In this document: piece by piece, positions 20,867 through 29,998 of the stretch
Position numbering within the stretch: the first letter of the stretch is position 1
Layout of the letters: each line of letters opens with the position of its first letter
Assembly: GCA_963823035.1 (NCBI GenBank)
Contig: CAWGKG010000018.1
Span: 320,001-384,000, forward strand
Reading direction: 5' to 3'
DNA from: an uncultured Gemmatimonadales bacterium
Lineage (GTDB): Bacteria; Gemmatimonadota; Gemmatimonadetes; Longimicrobiales; Gaopeijiaceae
DNA: 64,000 nt
Position numbers and translations under genes: made by a program
Notes under the pieces: generated by a model
Told to the model about the DNA's origin: nothing
The model's database searches: none
The model's input: the letters and a program-made list of their open reading frames with translations, nothing else

Positions 20867-21543
20867 CACTCCTCCACGACGAATCGGAACATGGCCGCCC
20901 CGGCGAACACGGCCAGGACGGCGAACGCGGCAAGCATCCGCAGGTTCCCGGCGATCTCCGCGACCGGCCGGCCCACGAGGAGACGGCTGGTCGCCGAGAC
21001 CCCGTAGATGATCATGGGCACCAGGAGGGGGAAGACGAGGATGGGCAGCAACGTCTCGCCCATGTGGGTGCCGGACGACACGGCGCTGAAGAGCGTGCCC
21101 AGCGCGACGAAGCCCAGAGAGCCGAGCGCCAGCACCAACGCGAGCAGCAGCGGGCTCGATCCCAGCTTCAGCCCGAAGAAGAGCGTGAAGACCGCCACCA
21201 CCAGGAGTGCCACCACGTAGAGCAGAACGAAGTTCGCGGCGGTCTTCCCCAGGAAGACGGCGTCCTTGGAGGCGGGGCTCGTCAGCACGCCCTGGAAGGC
21301 GCCGTCCTGTGCCTCCAGGTGGAAGGTGCGCCCGATGCCGAGCAGCCCCCCGAAGATGAGCGTCATCCAGATGAGACCGGACGCGACGTCCTGCGGGCGC
21401 ACGATGGTGGCGTCGATCGAGTAGTTGAAGAGCACGCCGGCGAGCACGGCGAACGCGCCCATGGCCGCGATGCGCTCGCGCGTGCGCAACTCCAGGAGGA
21501 GGTCCTTCCACACGATCGCGTACACCTGGCCGAGGTAGGTCAT
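20866..21543 (-). CDS. ccmB: Heme exporter protein CcmB
   Basis: WKDLLLELR, FLGK, LLPILVFPLLVP; six TM helices between ccmA and ccmC. Confidence 0.9.
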   Translation of the reverse strand: MTYLGQVYAIVWKDLLLELRTRERIAAMGAFAVLAGVLFNYSIDATIVRPQDVASGLIWMTLIFGGLLGIGRTFHLEAQDGAFQGVLTSPASKDAVFLGKTAANFVLLYVVALLVVAVFTLFFGLKLGSSPLLLALVLALGSLGFVALGTLFSAVSSGTHMGETLLPILVFPLLVPMIIYGVSATSRLLVGRPVAEIAGNLRMLAAFAVLAVFAGAAMFRFVVEE

Positions 21544-22295
21544 GCCAGTCCGCTCTCCACCACGCGATGGTAGAAGTGCTCGAAGGCGTCCGCGTCGACC
21601 TCGTCGCGCCCGCCCTCCCAGGCGAAGCGCCCGCGCACCTGGATCGCGATGCGGTTCGACAGCTCGAGGCCCTGCGTCAGGTTGTGCGTCACCATGACGA
21701 CCGTGCGCAGCCCGTCCTTGAGGGACGAGAGCACGCCGCGCAGCACCGCGGCCGCGTAGGGATCCAGGCCCGTGTACGGCTCGTCGAGCAGGACCAGCTC
21801 GGGGTCGTGCAGGAGCGCGCGGGCGAGCGCGGCACGCTGGCGCATCCCGTGCGAGAGCTGACGGGCCAGGAAGTCCGAGCGGTCGCCGAGACCCACCTGC
21901 TCGAGGCGCGTCGGGATGCGCTCGTCGAGGTCCTTCAGCCCGAACAACCGGCCGAAGAAGCGGAGGTTCTCCGCCAGCGTGAGGTGGGGGTAGAGGAAGC
22001 TCTGATGGGAGAGGACGCCGATCCGGCTCCGCCAGGACGTCTGGCCGAAGTCGAGCCGCTGGCCGCCCACCCACACCTCGCCCCTGGTGGGCTTGAGCCG
22101 ACCGCCGAGGAGGCTGAGGAGGGAGGTCTTCCCGGCCCCGTTCGGGCCGAAGATCGTGAGGAAGTCCCCGGGAGCGAGCTCGAGATCGATGCCGTCCACG
22201 GCGACCACGACGCCGTAATCGCGCGTGAGCCCTCGGGCGGACAGGACCGGATCCACCCGACGCGCTACCGGAGCCGGGGCGATCGAGGCTTCCAC
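21540..22295 (-). CDS. ccmA: Heme ABC exporter ATP-binding protein CcmA (start uncertain, 22256-22343)
   Basis: GPNGAGKTS, LSHGMRQRAALARAL, LLDEP; position within the ccm cluster. Confidence 0.85.
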   Translation of the reverse strand: MEASIAPAPVARRVDPVLSARGLTRDYGVVVAVDGIDLELAPGDFLTIFGPNGAGKTSLLSLLGGRLKPTRGEVWVGGQRLDFGQTSWRSRIGVLSHQSFLYPHLTLAENLRFFGRLFGLKDLDERIPTRLEQVGLGDRSDFLARQLSHGMRQRAALARALLHDPELVLLDEPYTGLDPYAAAVLRGVLSSLKDGLRTVVMVTHNLTQGLELSNRIAIQVRGRFAWEGGRDEVDADAFEHFYHRVVESGLA

Positions 22296-22308
22296 GAGAA
22301 GAGGAGCG

Positions 22309-22749
22309 TCAATGAGTGGCGGCTGCCTGGAGGGCATGGCCACACGACGCGCAGAAGCGGCTACCGGGTTCGTTCGAGAAGCCGCATTCGGGGCAGAACG
22401 ATCCCTCGCGCAGCCCGAGACGCGCCTGGGCGATCTCGGCTTCGAGCGCGGAGGCGTCGACGGAGGCGCTCTCGCCGCTGCGCGCCTTCTCGTCCGCCTC
22501 GAGCGCCGCGAGCGCCTCCGCCGTCAACTCACCCTTGAGCGACCGGTAGTCGTTCTCGTCCAGCTTCCCGGCGAGGTAGTCGTACTCCACGTCGCGCAGC
22601 GCCAGCAGCGCCACCCGCTTTCTCGCCTCCGTCTCCGTGAGCTCGTCCTCGTCGCGCTCGAGCGAGGCGTGCAGCCCCTTCGCGACCGGCTGGACGATGA
22701 AGAGGATGACCGCAGCCGCCACCAGAGCCGCTCCCAGGAACAGCATCAT
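22309..22749 (-). CDS. Membrane-anchored zinc-ribbon protein, CcmI N-terminus-like
   Basis: N-terminal TM helix, LRDVEYDYLAGKLDENDY motif, C-terminal CPECG...CASCG. Confidence 0.75.
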   Translation of the reverse strand: MMLFLGAALVAAAVILFIVQPVAKGLHASLERDEDELTETEARKRVALLALRDVEYDYLAGKLDENDYRSLKGELTAEALAALEADEKARSGESASVDASALEAEIAQARLGLREGSFCPECGFSNEPGSRFCASCGHALQAAATH

Positions 22750-22750
22750 G

Positions 22751-24802
22751 TCAATCGGCTCCGACAGCGACGGGCTCGCCGCTCGGCACCGCCTCCACGA
22801 CCCGCTTCTTCTCGGCGCTCGGCCACAGGCCGATCAGGCTCCCGACCGTCAGAACGAGCGCTCCGTACCAGATCCACCCCACCAGCGGCTTCACCAGCAC
22901 CTGCAGGTCGATCCCCTGTGCGGACGAGTCCGCGTTGAGCGCGCTGCTCGTGTCGTCCAAAGCGGACAGGATGAGATAGAGGTCCTCGACCGGCGTCGAG
23001 CGGATCCCGACCTCCGTCATGGGCTGCGTGCCCGTGACGTACATGCGCTTCTCCGTGGTCAGGTTCGCGAGGTGCTTCCCGTTCTTGTCGACGGAGATCA
23101 TCGCGATGGCCTGCCACATCAGGTTGCGCTGTCCCCGCCCCACCGAAGTCGACAGCCCCTCGTACGTCAGCGTGTACGTATGCCCGAAGGGCGACCGCAC
23201 CTCGATCGAGTCCCCCGGCATCACGTGCTGGCGCACGTCCACGTTGTACGCCGCACCGGCGAAGGCCATGAAGATCATGGCGATACCGGCGTGCACGATG
23301 TAGCCGCCCCACCGACGCCGATTGCGCGTCACGAGGTGGTAGAGCGCGACCGGGATGCCTTCGTCTTCGATCCGCGAGCGGGCCCGCGTGCCCTTCCAGA
23401 ATTCGACGACGGTGATCACCAGCACGAAGGCGCAGATGCCCCAGGTGGTGAGCGCCACCGGATGGTGCGCGCCGAGCGCGTAGAGGACGGCGACGACCAC
23501 GAGGGCGGCGATCACCGGTTTGAGGAAGTTCCTCTGGAGATTCCGACGCGTCGCGCGACGCCAGGCGATCACCGGGCCGACGCCGGCAAGCGCGAGGAGG
23601 GAGAGCCCGATCGGGAAGTTCACCTTCTGGAAGAACGGGGGACCCACCGTGACCTTCTGCCCGGTCACGGCCTCGGAGACCAGCGGGAACACGGTTCCCC
23701 AGATCACGGAGAACGCCGCGCCGAGGAGGATCAGGTTGTTGAAGAGGAACGCCGCCTCACGGGAGACGAACGACTCGATCCGGTTCTCGCTCTGCAGGTT
23801 GGGCAGACGATAGAGGATCAACACCACGCACCCCGCCAGCACCGTTCCCATGAACGTCAGGAAGATGTAGGCGATGCGCAGCTCCTGAGCGAAGGCGTGC
23901 ACCGATTCGATGAGGCCGGAGCGCGTCAGGAACGTCGCGAAGATCGTCAGGAGGAACGTCAGCACCACCAGGGACATGTTCCAGACCTTCAACATGCCCC
24001 GGTTCTCCTGGATCTGGATCGAGTGCAGGAAGGCCGTCGCCGTCAGCCAGGGCAGCAGCGATGCGTTCTCCACGGGATCCCAGAACCAGTAGCCGCCCCA
24101 ACCCAGCTCCTCGTAGGCCCAGCGCATCCCGAAAACGATGCCGACCGAGAGGAAGAACCAGGACAGCAGGATCCACCGACGGGTCAGCGTGATCCACCGC
24201 GAGTCGAGGCGGCCGTTGAAGAGCGCGGCGACCGCGAACGCGAACGGGATGGCGAACGACGTGAAGCCCAGGTAGAGCGTGGGCGGGTGGATCGTCATCC
24301 AGTAGTTCTGGAGCTGCGGGTTCAGCCCCTGGCCGTTGGCGGGCGTGAAGCCCAGGCGCTCGAACGGGTTCACGTGCGCGAACAGGAGCACGACGATGAA
24401 GAACGTCAGGATCCCCTGGAGCACGCCCGCCACATAGGGCATGAACTCGCGGTTCTTGTGCCGGTTCGTGAAGACGGAGATCGACGAGAAGATGCTGAGC
24501 AACAGCGCCCAGAACAGCAGTGAGCCGCGCTGCCCCGCCCAGAGCCCCGCCACCTTGTAGAAGGTCTCGAGCTCCCGGTTCGAGTAGCTCGCGACGTACC
24601 AGTACTCGAACTTGTCGCCGAGGAACGCCGCGATGACTCCCGCCGATGCGAGCATCAGGAGGAGGGTTACGGCATAGATGCTCCGCTCGGCGCTGAGAAC
24701 GAGGTCACCGCGCTGGCTGCGCCCGCCGGCGAATCCGAGGGCCATCCCCCAGATCGCGACCGGGAGCGCGATCCACAGCGCGAACTCGCCGAGGATAATC
24801 AC
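22751..24802 (-). CDS. ccmF: Cytochrome c heme lyase CcmF
   Basis: WAGQRGSLLFW, GLNPQLQ, IHPPTLYLG, WAYEELGWGGYWFWDPVENAS, SVHAFA. Confidence 0.96.
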   Translation of the reverse strand: MIILGEFALWIALPVAIWGMALGFAGGRSQRGDLVLSAERSIYAVTLLLMLASAGVIAAFLGDKFEYWYVASYSNRELETFYKVAGLWAGQRGSLLFWALLLSIFSSISVFTNRHKNREFMPYVAGVLQGILTFFIVVLLFAHVNPFERLGFTPANGQGLNPQLQNYWMTIHPPTLYLGFTSFAIPFAFAVAALFNGRLDSRWITLTRRWILLSWFFLSVGIVFGMRWAYEELGWGGYWFWDPVENASLLPWLTATAFLHSIQIQENRGMLKVWNMSLVVLTFLLTIFATFLTRSGLIESVHAFAQELRIAYIFLTFMGTVLAGCVVLILYRLPNLQSENRIESFVSREAAFLFNNLILLGAAFSVIWGTVFPLVSEAVTGQKVTVGPPFFQKVNFPIGLSLLALAGVGPVIAWRRATRRNLQRNFLKPVIAALVVVAVLYALGAHHPVALTTWGICAFVLVITVVEFWKGTRARSRIEDEGIPVALYHLVTRNRRRWGGYIVHAGIAMIFMAFAGAAYNVDVRQHVMPGDSIEVRSPFGHTYTLTYEGLSTSVGRGQRNLMWQAIAMISVDKNGKHLANLTTEKRMYVTGTQPMTEVGIRSTPVEDLYLILSALDDTSSALNADSSAQGIDLQVLVKPLVGWIWYGALVLTVGSLIGLWPSAEKKRVVEAVPSGEPVAVGAD

Positions 24803-25218
24803 CCTTTCAAGTCCTCCGGAGCGGCTTCGTAGCGGCTCCCGCACTTGGTGAGCAGGGTGTTGGCCTGGAAGACGCCGTTGGCGTCCAACCTGCCTTCGAG
24901 GACGACTTCCGTATCATCCGTGAACGTGTCCGGAAGCGCGTCGCGGTATTCGACCGGGAACGTCACATCCGGATTCTCGATGTCGCGCACGCGGAATCGA
25001 TGGAGGAGCTCACCTTCGACGCGCTCGTACGTTCCCGGGATCACGCGGCCGCTCACCTTCACGCCGACGTCCTTGAAGGTCGGGTCCGTGGTGACCTTGG
25101 CCATGAGCTCGGCGGGAGTGAGATAGTAGACCATCGTCTCGCTCACCCCGGTCCAGACGAGGTAGGAAACGACGGCGGCCACCGCTACCAGGCCGACCAT
25201 GAATCGTCCGTGCTTCAT
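24799..25218 (-). CDS. ccmE: Heme chaperone CcmE, CxxxY variant
   Basis: VYYLTPAEL, LPDTF, LLTKCGSRY. Confidence 0.92.
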   Translation of the reverse strand: MKHGRFMVGLVAVAAVVSYLVWTGVSETMVYYLTPAELMAKVTTDPTFKDVGVKVSGRVIPGTYERVEGELLHRFRVRDIENPDVTFPVEYRDALPDTFTDDTEVVLEGRLDANGVFQANTLLTKCGSRYEAAPEDLKG

Positions 25219-25501
25219 GACGCGTCCTCAGTCTGTCCGGCCCGGAGTGCGGCCGGCGTGGGCAGAACCCGGAGGGTGGTTGATTCACCCGATCCGGTGG
25301 GATGTTCCAGACCTGCCATCCCCCCGCTGCGGCGCCGCGAACCGCTCAACGGCGCCGTTTTTTCCGCATGGAATCTAGGCGTTTCGGGCCCGTCGTGACC
25401 AGTCAGGAAAACCACTGATGGCCCCCTCCGTGACGTACCTGACCCCCCGGAGGAGTTTTCCCCACGTTCCGGGTAGTGTCTGCGCGGCTTCCCGGCGGGT
25501 T

Positions 25502-27001
25502 TCAGGAGATCCCGTCGCGGGCCCATCCGACCGCGGCGCGCACGGCCCTTCCCCACCCGGCGAGCAGCTGCTCGCGCACCGCCGCGTCCATCGAGGGGGT
25601 GAAGTGGTCGGCGCCGCCCTGTGCGGCGAGGAAGGCCTGCGCGGACGGCCAGACCCCCTGGGCGATACCCGCGAGCCCGGCCGCCCCCAGCGCGGTGGTC
25701 TCGACCAGCGCGGGCCTCCGTACCGGGAGGTGGACGACGTCCGCCTGGAACTGCATCAGCCAGTGGTTGAGCGCGGCCCCGCCGTCCACGCGCAGCTCGG
25801 TGGCCGTCACGCCGGAGTCCGCTTCCATCGCATGCAGCACCTCGACGGTGGCGTAGGCCATCGCTTCGAGCGCGGCGCGCACGACGTGAGCCCGGGTCGT
25901 GCCCCGGGTGAGCCCGACCAGCATCCCGCGGGCGTCCGGCTCCCAGTGCGGCGCACCCAGCCCCACGAAGGCCGGCACGAAGTAGACGCCGTCATTCCCG
26001 CCCAGCGAGCGGGCGAGCACCTCCGACTCCTCCGCCCGCCCCAGCACCTTCAGCTCGTCGCGCAGCCACTGGACGGCGGCGCCCGCGATGAAGACCGACC
26101 CTTCGAGCGCGTAGGCCAGCCCGCCGCGCTCGTCGCAAGCCGCCGTGGTGAGCAGACCGTGCTCGGACGCCACCGGCTCGGAGCCCGTGTTCAGCAGGAG
26201 GAAGGCCCCCGTGCCGTAGGTGTTCTTGGCGAGCCCGGCCGTCCAGCACCCCTGTCCGAAGAGTGCGGCCTGCTGGTCGCCCGCCACCCCCGCGATCGGG
26301 AGCTCGCGGCCGAGGTGGCGGGCCGAGGCGATGCCGAAGTCACCCGCGGACGGGCGGATCTCCGGGAGCGCGGCGATCGGCACCTCGAGAAGATCCGCCA
26401 GCCAGGGGTCCCACGCCGCCGTCTCGAGGTCCATGAGGAGGGTGCGCGAGGCGTTCGTGGGGTCGGTGGCGTGCACCGAGCCGTCGGTCAGCCGAGCGAC
26501 GAGCCACGCGTCCACCGTCCCCACGGCGAGCTCGCCCGCCTCCGCCCTGGCGCGCAGCTCGGGGCGCTCGCGGAACAACCAGGTGAGCTTCGTGCCCGAG
26601 AAGTAGGGATCGGCCACGAGTCCCGTGCGCCGCCGAAGCTCCGGCTCCTTCCCGGCCGCGCGCAGCTGCCGACACAGCTCCGTGGTCCGCCGGTCCTGCC
26701 AGACGATGGCGCGGTGCGCGGGCAGCAGCGTCTCGCGGTCCCAAACCACCACGGTCTCGCGCTGGTTCGTGATCCCGAGCGCGCGCACCTCGACGTCGCC
26801 GATCGCGTCGAGCGCCTCGCGCGCCACCGACATCGTCACCTCCCAGATCTCGTCGGCGTCGTGCTCGACCCAACCCGGGCGTGGGAAGTGCTGCGTGAAC
26901 TCCGAGTACCCCCGGCCGAGGACGCGCCCGTCCGCGCCGATCACCAGCGCGGTCGAGCCGGTCGTGCCCTGGTCGAGGGCGAGGACGGCGGACGTGCTCA
27001 T
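25502..27001 (-). CDS. glpK: Glycerol kinase
   Basis: LDQGTTGS, GITNQRET, AIVWQDRRT, GDQQAALFGQ, KNTYGTG, ALEGS. Confidence 0.96.
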   Translation of the reverse strand: MSTSAVLALDQGTTGSTALVIGADGRVLGRGYSEFTQHFPRPGWVEHDADEIWEVTMSVAREALDAIGDVEVRALGITNQRETVVVWDRETLLPAHRAIVWQDRRTTELCRQLRAAGKEPELRRRTGLVADPYFSGTKLTWLFRERPELRARAEAGELAVGTVDAWLVARLTDGSVHATDPTNASRTLLMDLETAAWDPWLADLLEVPIAALPEIRPSAGDFGIASARHLGRELPIAGVAGDQQAALFGQGCWTAGLAKNTYGTGAFLLLNTGSEPVASEHGLLTTAACDERGGLAYALEGSVFIAGAAVQWLRDELKVLGRAEESEVLARSLGGNDGVYFVPAFVGLGAPHWEPDARGMLVGLTRGTTRAHVVRAALEAMAYATVEVLHAMEADSGVTATELRVDGGAALNHWLMQFQADVVHLPVRRPALVETTALGAAGLAGIAQGVWPSAQAFLAAQGGADHFTPSMDAAVREQLLAGWGRAVRAAVGWARDGIS

Positions 27002-27014
27002 GCTGCGGTGGCGG

Positions 27015-27620
27015 TCATGGTGGTCCGTGGTCGAACGATCCGAAGGCGTAGCGCCAGCCCGCCCGCCCCAGGAGGTCGATCAGGAGGCCGAGGGGCAGGC
27101 CGACGACGGTATAGTAGTCGCCGTGGATCTCCTCCACCAAGGCGGCTCCCAGCCCCTGGATCCCGTACGCGCCGGCCTTGTCGTGGGGCTCGCCGCTCGC
27201 CACGTAGGCCTCGGCGAGCCCCCGGTCGAACGCGCGGAAGCGCACCTCCGCCCGCCCCACGGCACCGAGCACGCCGCGCGGGCCCGCCACGGCGACGCCG
27301 CTCAGCACCTCGTGCGACCGACCCGCCAGGCTCAGCAGCATCGTCAGGGCCTCGGCATCGTCCGCGGGCTTGCCGAGGATGCGGTCGTCGCACACGACCA
27401 CGGTGTCCCCCCCGATCACGAGCGCGTCGCCCACCTCCGCCGCCACGGCCTCGGCCTTCGTGCGGGCCAGGCGCTCGACGTGCTCGTGGGGGGTCTCCCC
27501 CGCGAGGTAGGACTCGTCCACGTGCGCGGGACGCACCTCGGGGTCGAGGCCGAGCTGACGGAGGAGGTCGGCCCGCCGCGGAGACGCCGATGCCAGCACC
27601 AGGCGTGGGCCGGAACTCAT
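27015..27620 (-). CDS. maf: Maf-family nucleotide pyrophosphatase
   Basis: LASASPRRADLL, GGDTVV, DKAGAYGIQG, VVGLP. Confidence 0.93.
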   Translation of the reverse strand: MSSGPRLVLASASPRRADLLRQLGLDPEVRPAHVDESYLAGETPHEHVERLARTKAEAVAAEVGDALVIGGDTVVVCDDRILGKPADDAEALTMLLSLAGRSHEVLSGVAVAGPRGVLGAVGRAEVRFRAFDRGLAEAYVASGEPHDKAGAYGIQGLGAALVEEIHGDYYTVVGLPLGLLIDLLGRAGWRYAFGSFDHGPP

Positions 27621-27639
27621 CGGGGCACCCCGGCCACCC

Positions 27640-28083
27640 TCATTCACGCTCGAGCACGAGCGTGACCGGACCGTCGTTGACCAGCTCCACGGCCATCATC
27701 GCACCGAACTCTCCGGTCTGTACGCGACCCGGGGCGCGCTCCCGAAGGAGCGTAACGAAGCGTTCGTAGAGGGGCACCGCGACGTCCGGGCCGGCGGCAT
27801 CCACGAAGCTGGGGCGGCGGCCCTTGCGGGTGTCGCCGAGGAGGGTGAACTGGCTCACGACGAGAACCTCACCGCCCGTCTCGTCCAGGCCGAGGTTCAT
27901 GCGACCGTCCTCGTCGGGGAAGACGCGCAGCCCCACGACCTTGTCGGCCATCCAGACGAGCTGCTCGTCGCCGTCGCCCTTCGCGAAGCCCACGAGGAGG
28001 AGATGGCCGGGGCCGATCTCGCCGACCGTGCGATCGGCCACGGACACGCGGGCGCGCGCGACGCGCTGCAGGACGACCCTCAC
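27640..28083 (-). CDS. dtd: D-aminoacyl-tRNA deacylase
   Basis: MRVVLQRV, VSQFTL, GRRPSF, NDGPVT. Confidence 0.95.
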   Translation of the reverse strand: MRVVLQRVARARVSVADRTVGEIGPGHLLLVGFAKGDGDEQLVWMADKVVGLRVFPDEDGRMNLGLDETGGEVLVVSQFTLLGDTRKGRRPSFVDAAGPDVAVPLYERFVTLLRERAPGRVQTGEFGAMMAVELVNDGPVTLVLERE

Positions 28084-28113
28084 CTCACGCGCACCCCCTC
28101 GCCGGCCGAGGCG

Positions 28114-29952
28114 TCACTCCACCGTGACGGACTTGGCCAGGTTTCTCGGCTGATCCACGTCGGCGCCGCGCAGGACCGCCACGTGGTAGGCCAGGAGCTG
28201 CAGCGGCACCGTGGTGAGGATCGGCAGGAGGTGCGGGAGCGTCTGGGGGACCCGGATGACATGGTCCACCTTCTGCCGCAACTCGGGCGCCTCGTCGCTC
28301 ACCACGGCGATGATCCTGCCCCCGCGCGCCTTCACCTCTTCGATGTTCGACACGACCTTGCCGTAGACGGGGTCCCGCGGCGCGAGCACCACCACCGGCA
28401 TCTCCTCGTCGATGAGGGCGATCGGCCCGTGCTTCATCTCCGCGGCGGGGTAGCCCTCGGCGTGGATGTAGCTCACTTCCTTGAGCTTGAGCGCGCCCTC
28501 CAGGGCCACCGGGAACTGGTAGCCCCGCCCCAGATAGAGGAAGTTGCGCGCGCTCATGTACTCACGCGCGAGCGCCCGCAGCGAGTCGTTGAGCTCGAGG
28601 ACCTCGGCGACCTGGTCGGGGAGCTTCTGGAGGGCCTGGACGATCTCCCTCCCCTGCAGCACGGAGAGGTGGCGCCTGCGGCCCAGGTAGAGCGTGAAGA
28701 GCGCCAACGCCACCATCTGGCTCGTGAAGGCCTTGGTGGACGCGACGCCGATCTCCGGACCGGCGTGGAGGTAGGTGCCGAAGTCCGTGTAGCGCGCGAT
28801 CGACGAGCCCACGGCGTTCACGATGCCCATCGTGGCGGCGCCGCGTTGCTTCGCCTCGCGCAGCCCCGCCAACGTGTCCGCGGTCTCGCCCGACTGGCTG
28901 ATCGCGAGCACGAGCGTGCCGTCCTCCAGCACCGGGTTCCGGTAGCGGAACTCGGAGGCGTACTCGACCTCGACCGGGATCTGGGCGAGCTCCTCGAGCA
29001 TGTACTCGCCGACGAGGCCGGCGTGCCAGCTCGTGCCACAGGCGGTGATGACGATCCGGCGCACGCGGCCGAGGTCGAACTGGTGCCGCGCGATCCCGCC
29101 GAGTCGCGCGTCGCCGTCGTCCTCGAGCAGCCGGCCGCGCATCACGTCGCGCAGGCTGTTGGGCTGCTCGAAGATCTCCTTGAGCATGAAGTGGTCGTAG
29201 CCGCCCTTCTCGATGGCGGCCACGTCCCACGTGACGCGGTGCACGGAGCGCCGCACCTCCCCGTGGTCGAGGTGGTACGTGCGGTACCCGTCCGGCGTGA
29301 GCGCGGCGTAGTCGCCGTCATCGAGATAGACCACCTCGCGCGTATGCGCGACCACCGCGGCCGCGTCGGACCCGGCGAGCATCTCCCCGTTGGTGCCCAC
29401 CCCGATCAGAAGGGGGCTACCAAAGCGCGCGACGACGATCTTGCTTGGCTCGCGGCTGGACACGACCGCCAGGCCGTACGTCCCCTCGACGTTGGCGAGC
29501 GCCTCCGCGACGGCCTCCTCCAGCGCCATCCCGTCCTTCCACAGGAAGTCGATGAGGTGGACGATCGTCTCGGTGTCGGTCTCCGAGGTGAACGTATAGC
29601 CCTCGTCCACCAGGCGGGTGCGCAGCACGCCCGCGTTCTCGATGATGCCGTTGTGGACGACCGCGATGTCGCTCGCCGCCGTGACGTGCGGATGCGCGTT
29701 CGGCTCGGTGGGCGCGCCGTGCGTGGCCCAGCGGGTGTGCGCGATGCCGCAGGTCCCGTTCGGCGCCCCATCCGCCATCGCCGCCTCGAGTGCCGCGATC
29801 TTCCCCGGCCGCTTGACGACACGCATGCAGCCGTCGGAATCCACGACCGCCACGCCCGCGGAGTCGTAGCCCCGATACTCCAGCCGCTTCAGCCCGTCCA
29901 CCAGGATGGGGATCGCTTGGCGTCCCCCGACGTATCCCACGATACCGCACAT
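28114..29952 (-). CDS. glmS: Glutamine--fructose-6-phosphate transaminase
   Basis: MCGIVGY, HTRWATHG, SQSGETADT, KHGPIAL, PRNLAKSVTVE. Confidence 0.98.
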   Translation of the reverse strand: MCGIVGYVGGRQAIPILVDGLKRLEYRGYDSAGVAVVDSDGCMRVVKRPGKIAALEAAMADGAPNGTCGIAHTRWATHGAPTEPNAHPHVTAASDIAVVHNGIIENAGVLRTRLVDEGYTFTSETDTETIVHLIDFLWKDGMALEEAVAEALANVEGTYGLAVVSSREPSKIVVARFGSPLLIGVGTNGEMLAGSDAAAVVAHTREVVYLDDGDYAALTPDGYRTYHLDHGEVRRSVHRVTWDVAAIEKGGYDHFMLKEIFEQPNSLRDVMRGRLLEDDGDARLGGIARHQFDLGRVRRIVITACGTSWHAGLVGEYMLEELAQIPVEVEYASEFRYRNPVLEDGTLVLAISQSGETADTLAGLREAKQRGAATMGIVNAVGSSIARYTDFGTYLHAGPEIGVASTKAFTSQMVALALFTLYLGRRRHLSVLQGREIVQALQKLPDQVAEVLELNDSLRALAREYMSARNFLYLGRGYQFPVALEGALKLKEVSYIHAEGYPAAEMKHGPIALIDEEMPVVVLAPRDPVYGKVVSNIEEVKARGGRIIAVVSDEAPELRQKVDHVIRVPQTLPHLLPILTTVPLQLLAYHVAVLRGADVDQPRNLAKSVTVE

Positions 29953-29998
29953 CGCATGCTTCTCCGTGTTGGTTCGACCCGCTGCCGCTTTCGCCGCG

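Noticed and set aside
25478..25504. Further TGAAAC hexamers (25499-25504 minus, 17885-17890 minus, 7842 plus) as ECF promoters
   Set aside because: None has CGTA at the 17-nt spacing shared by the three accepted sites.
29953..29998. glmS ribozyme
   Set aside because: The spacer is only 46 bp and shows no ribozyme core.
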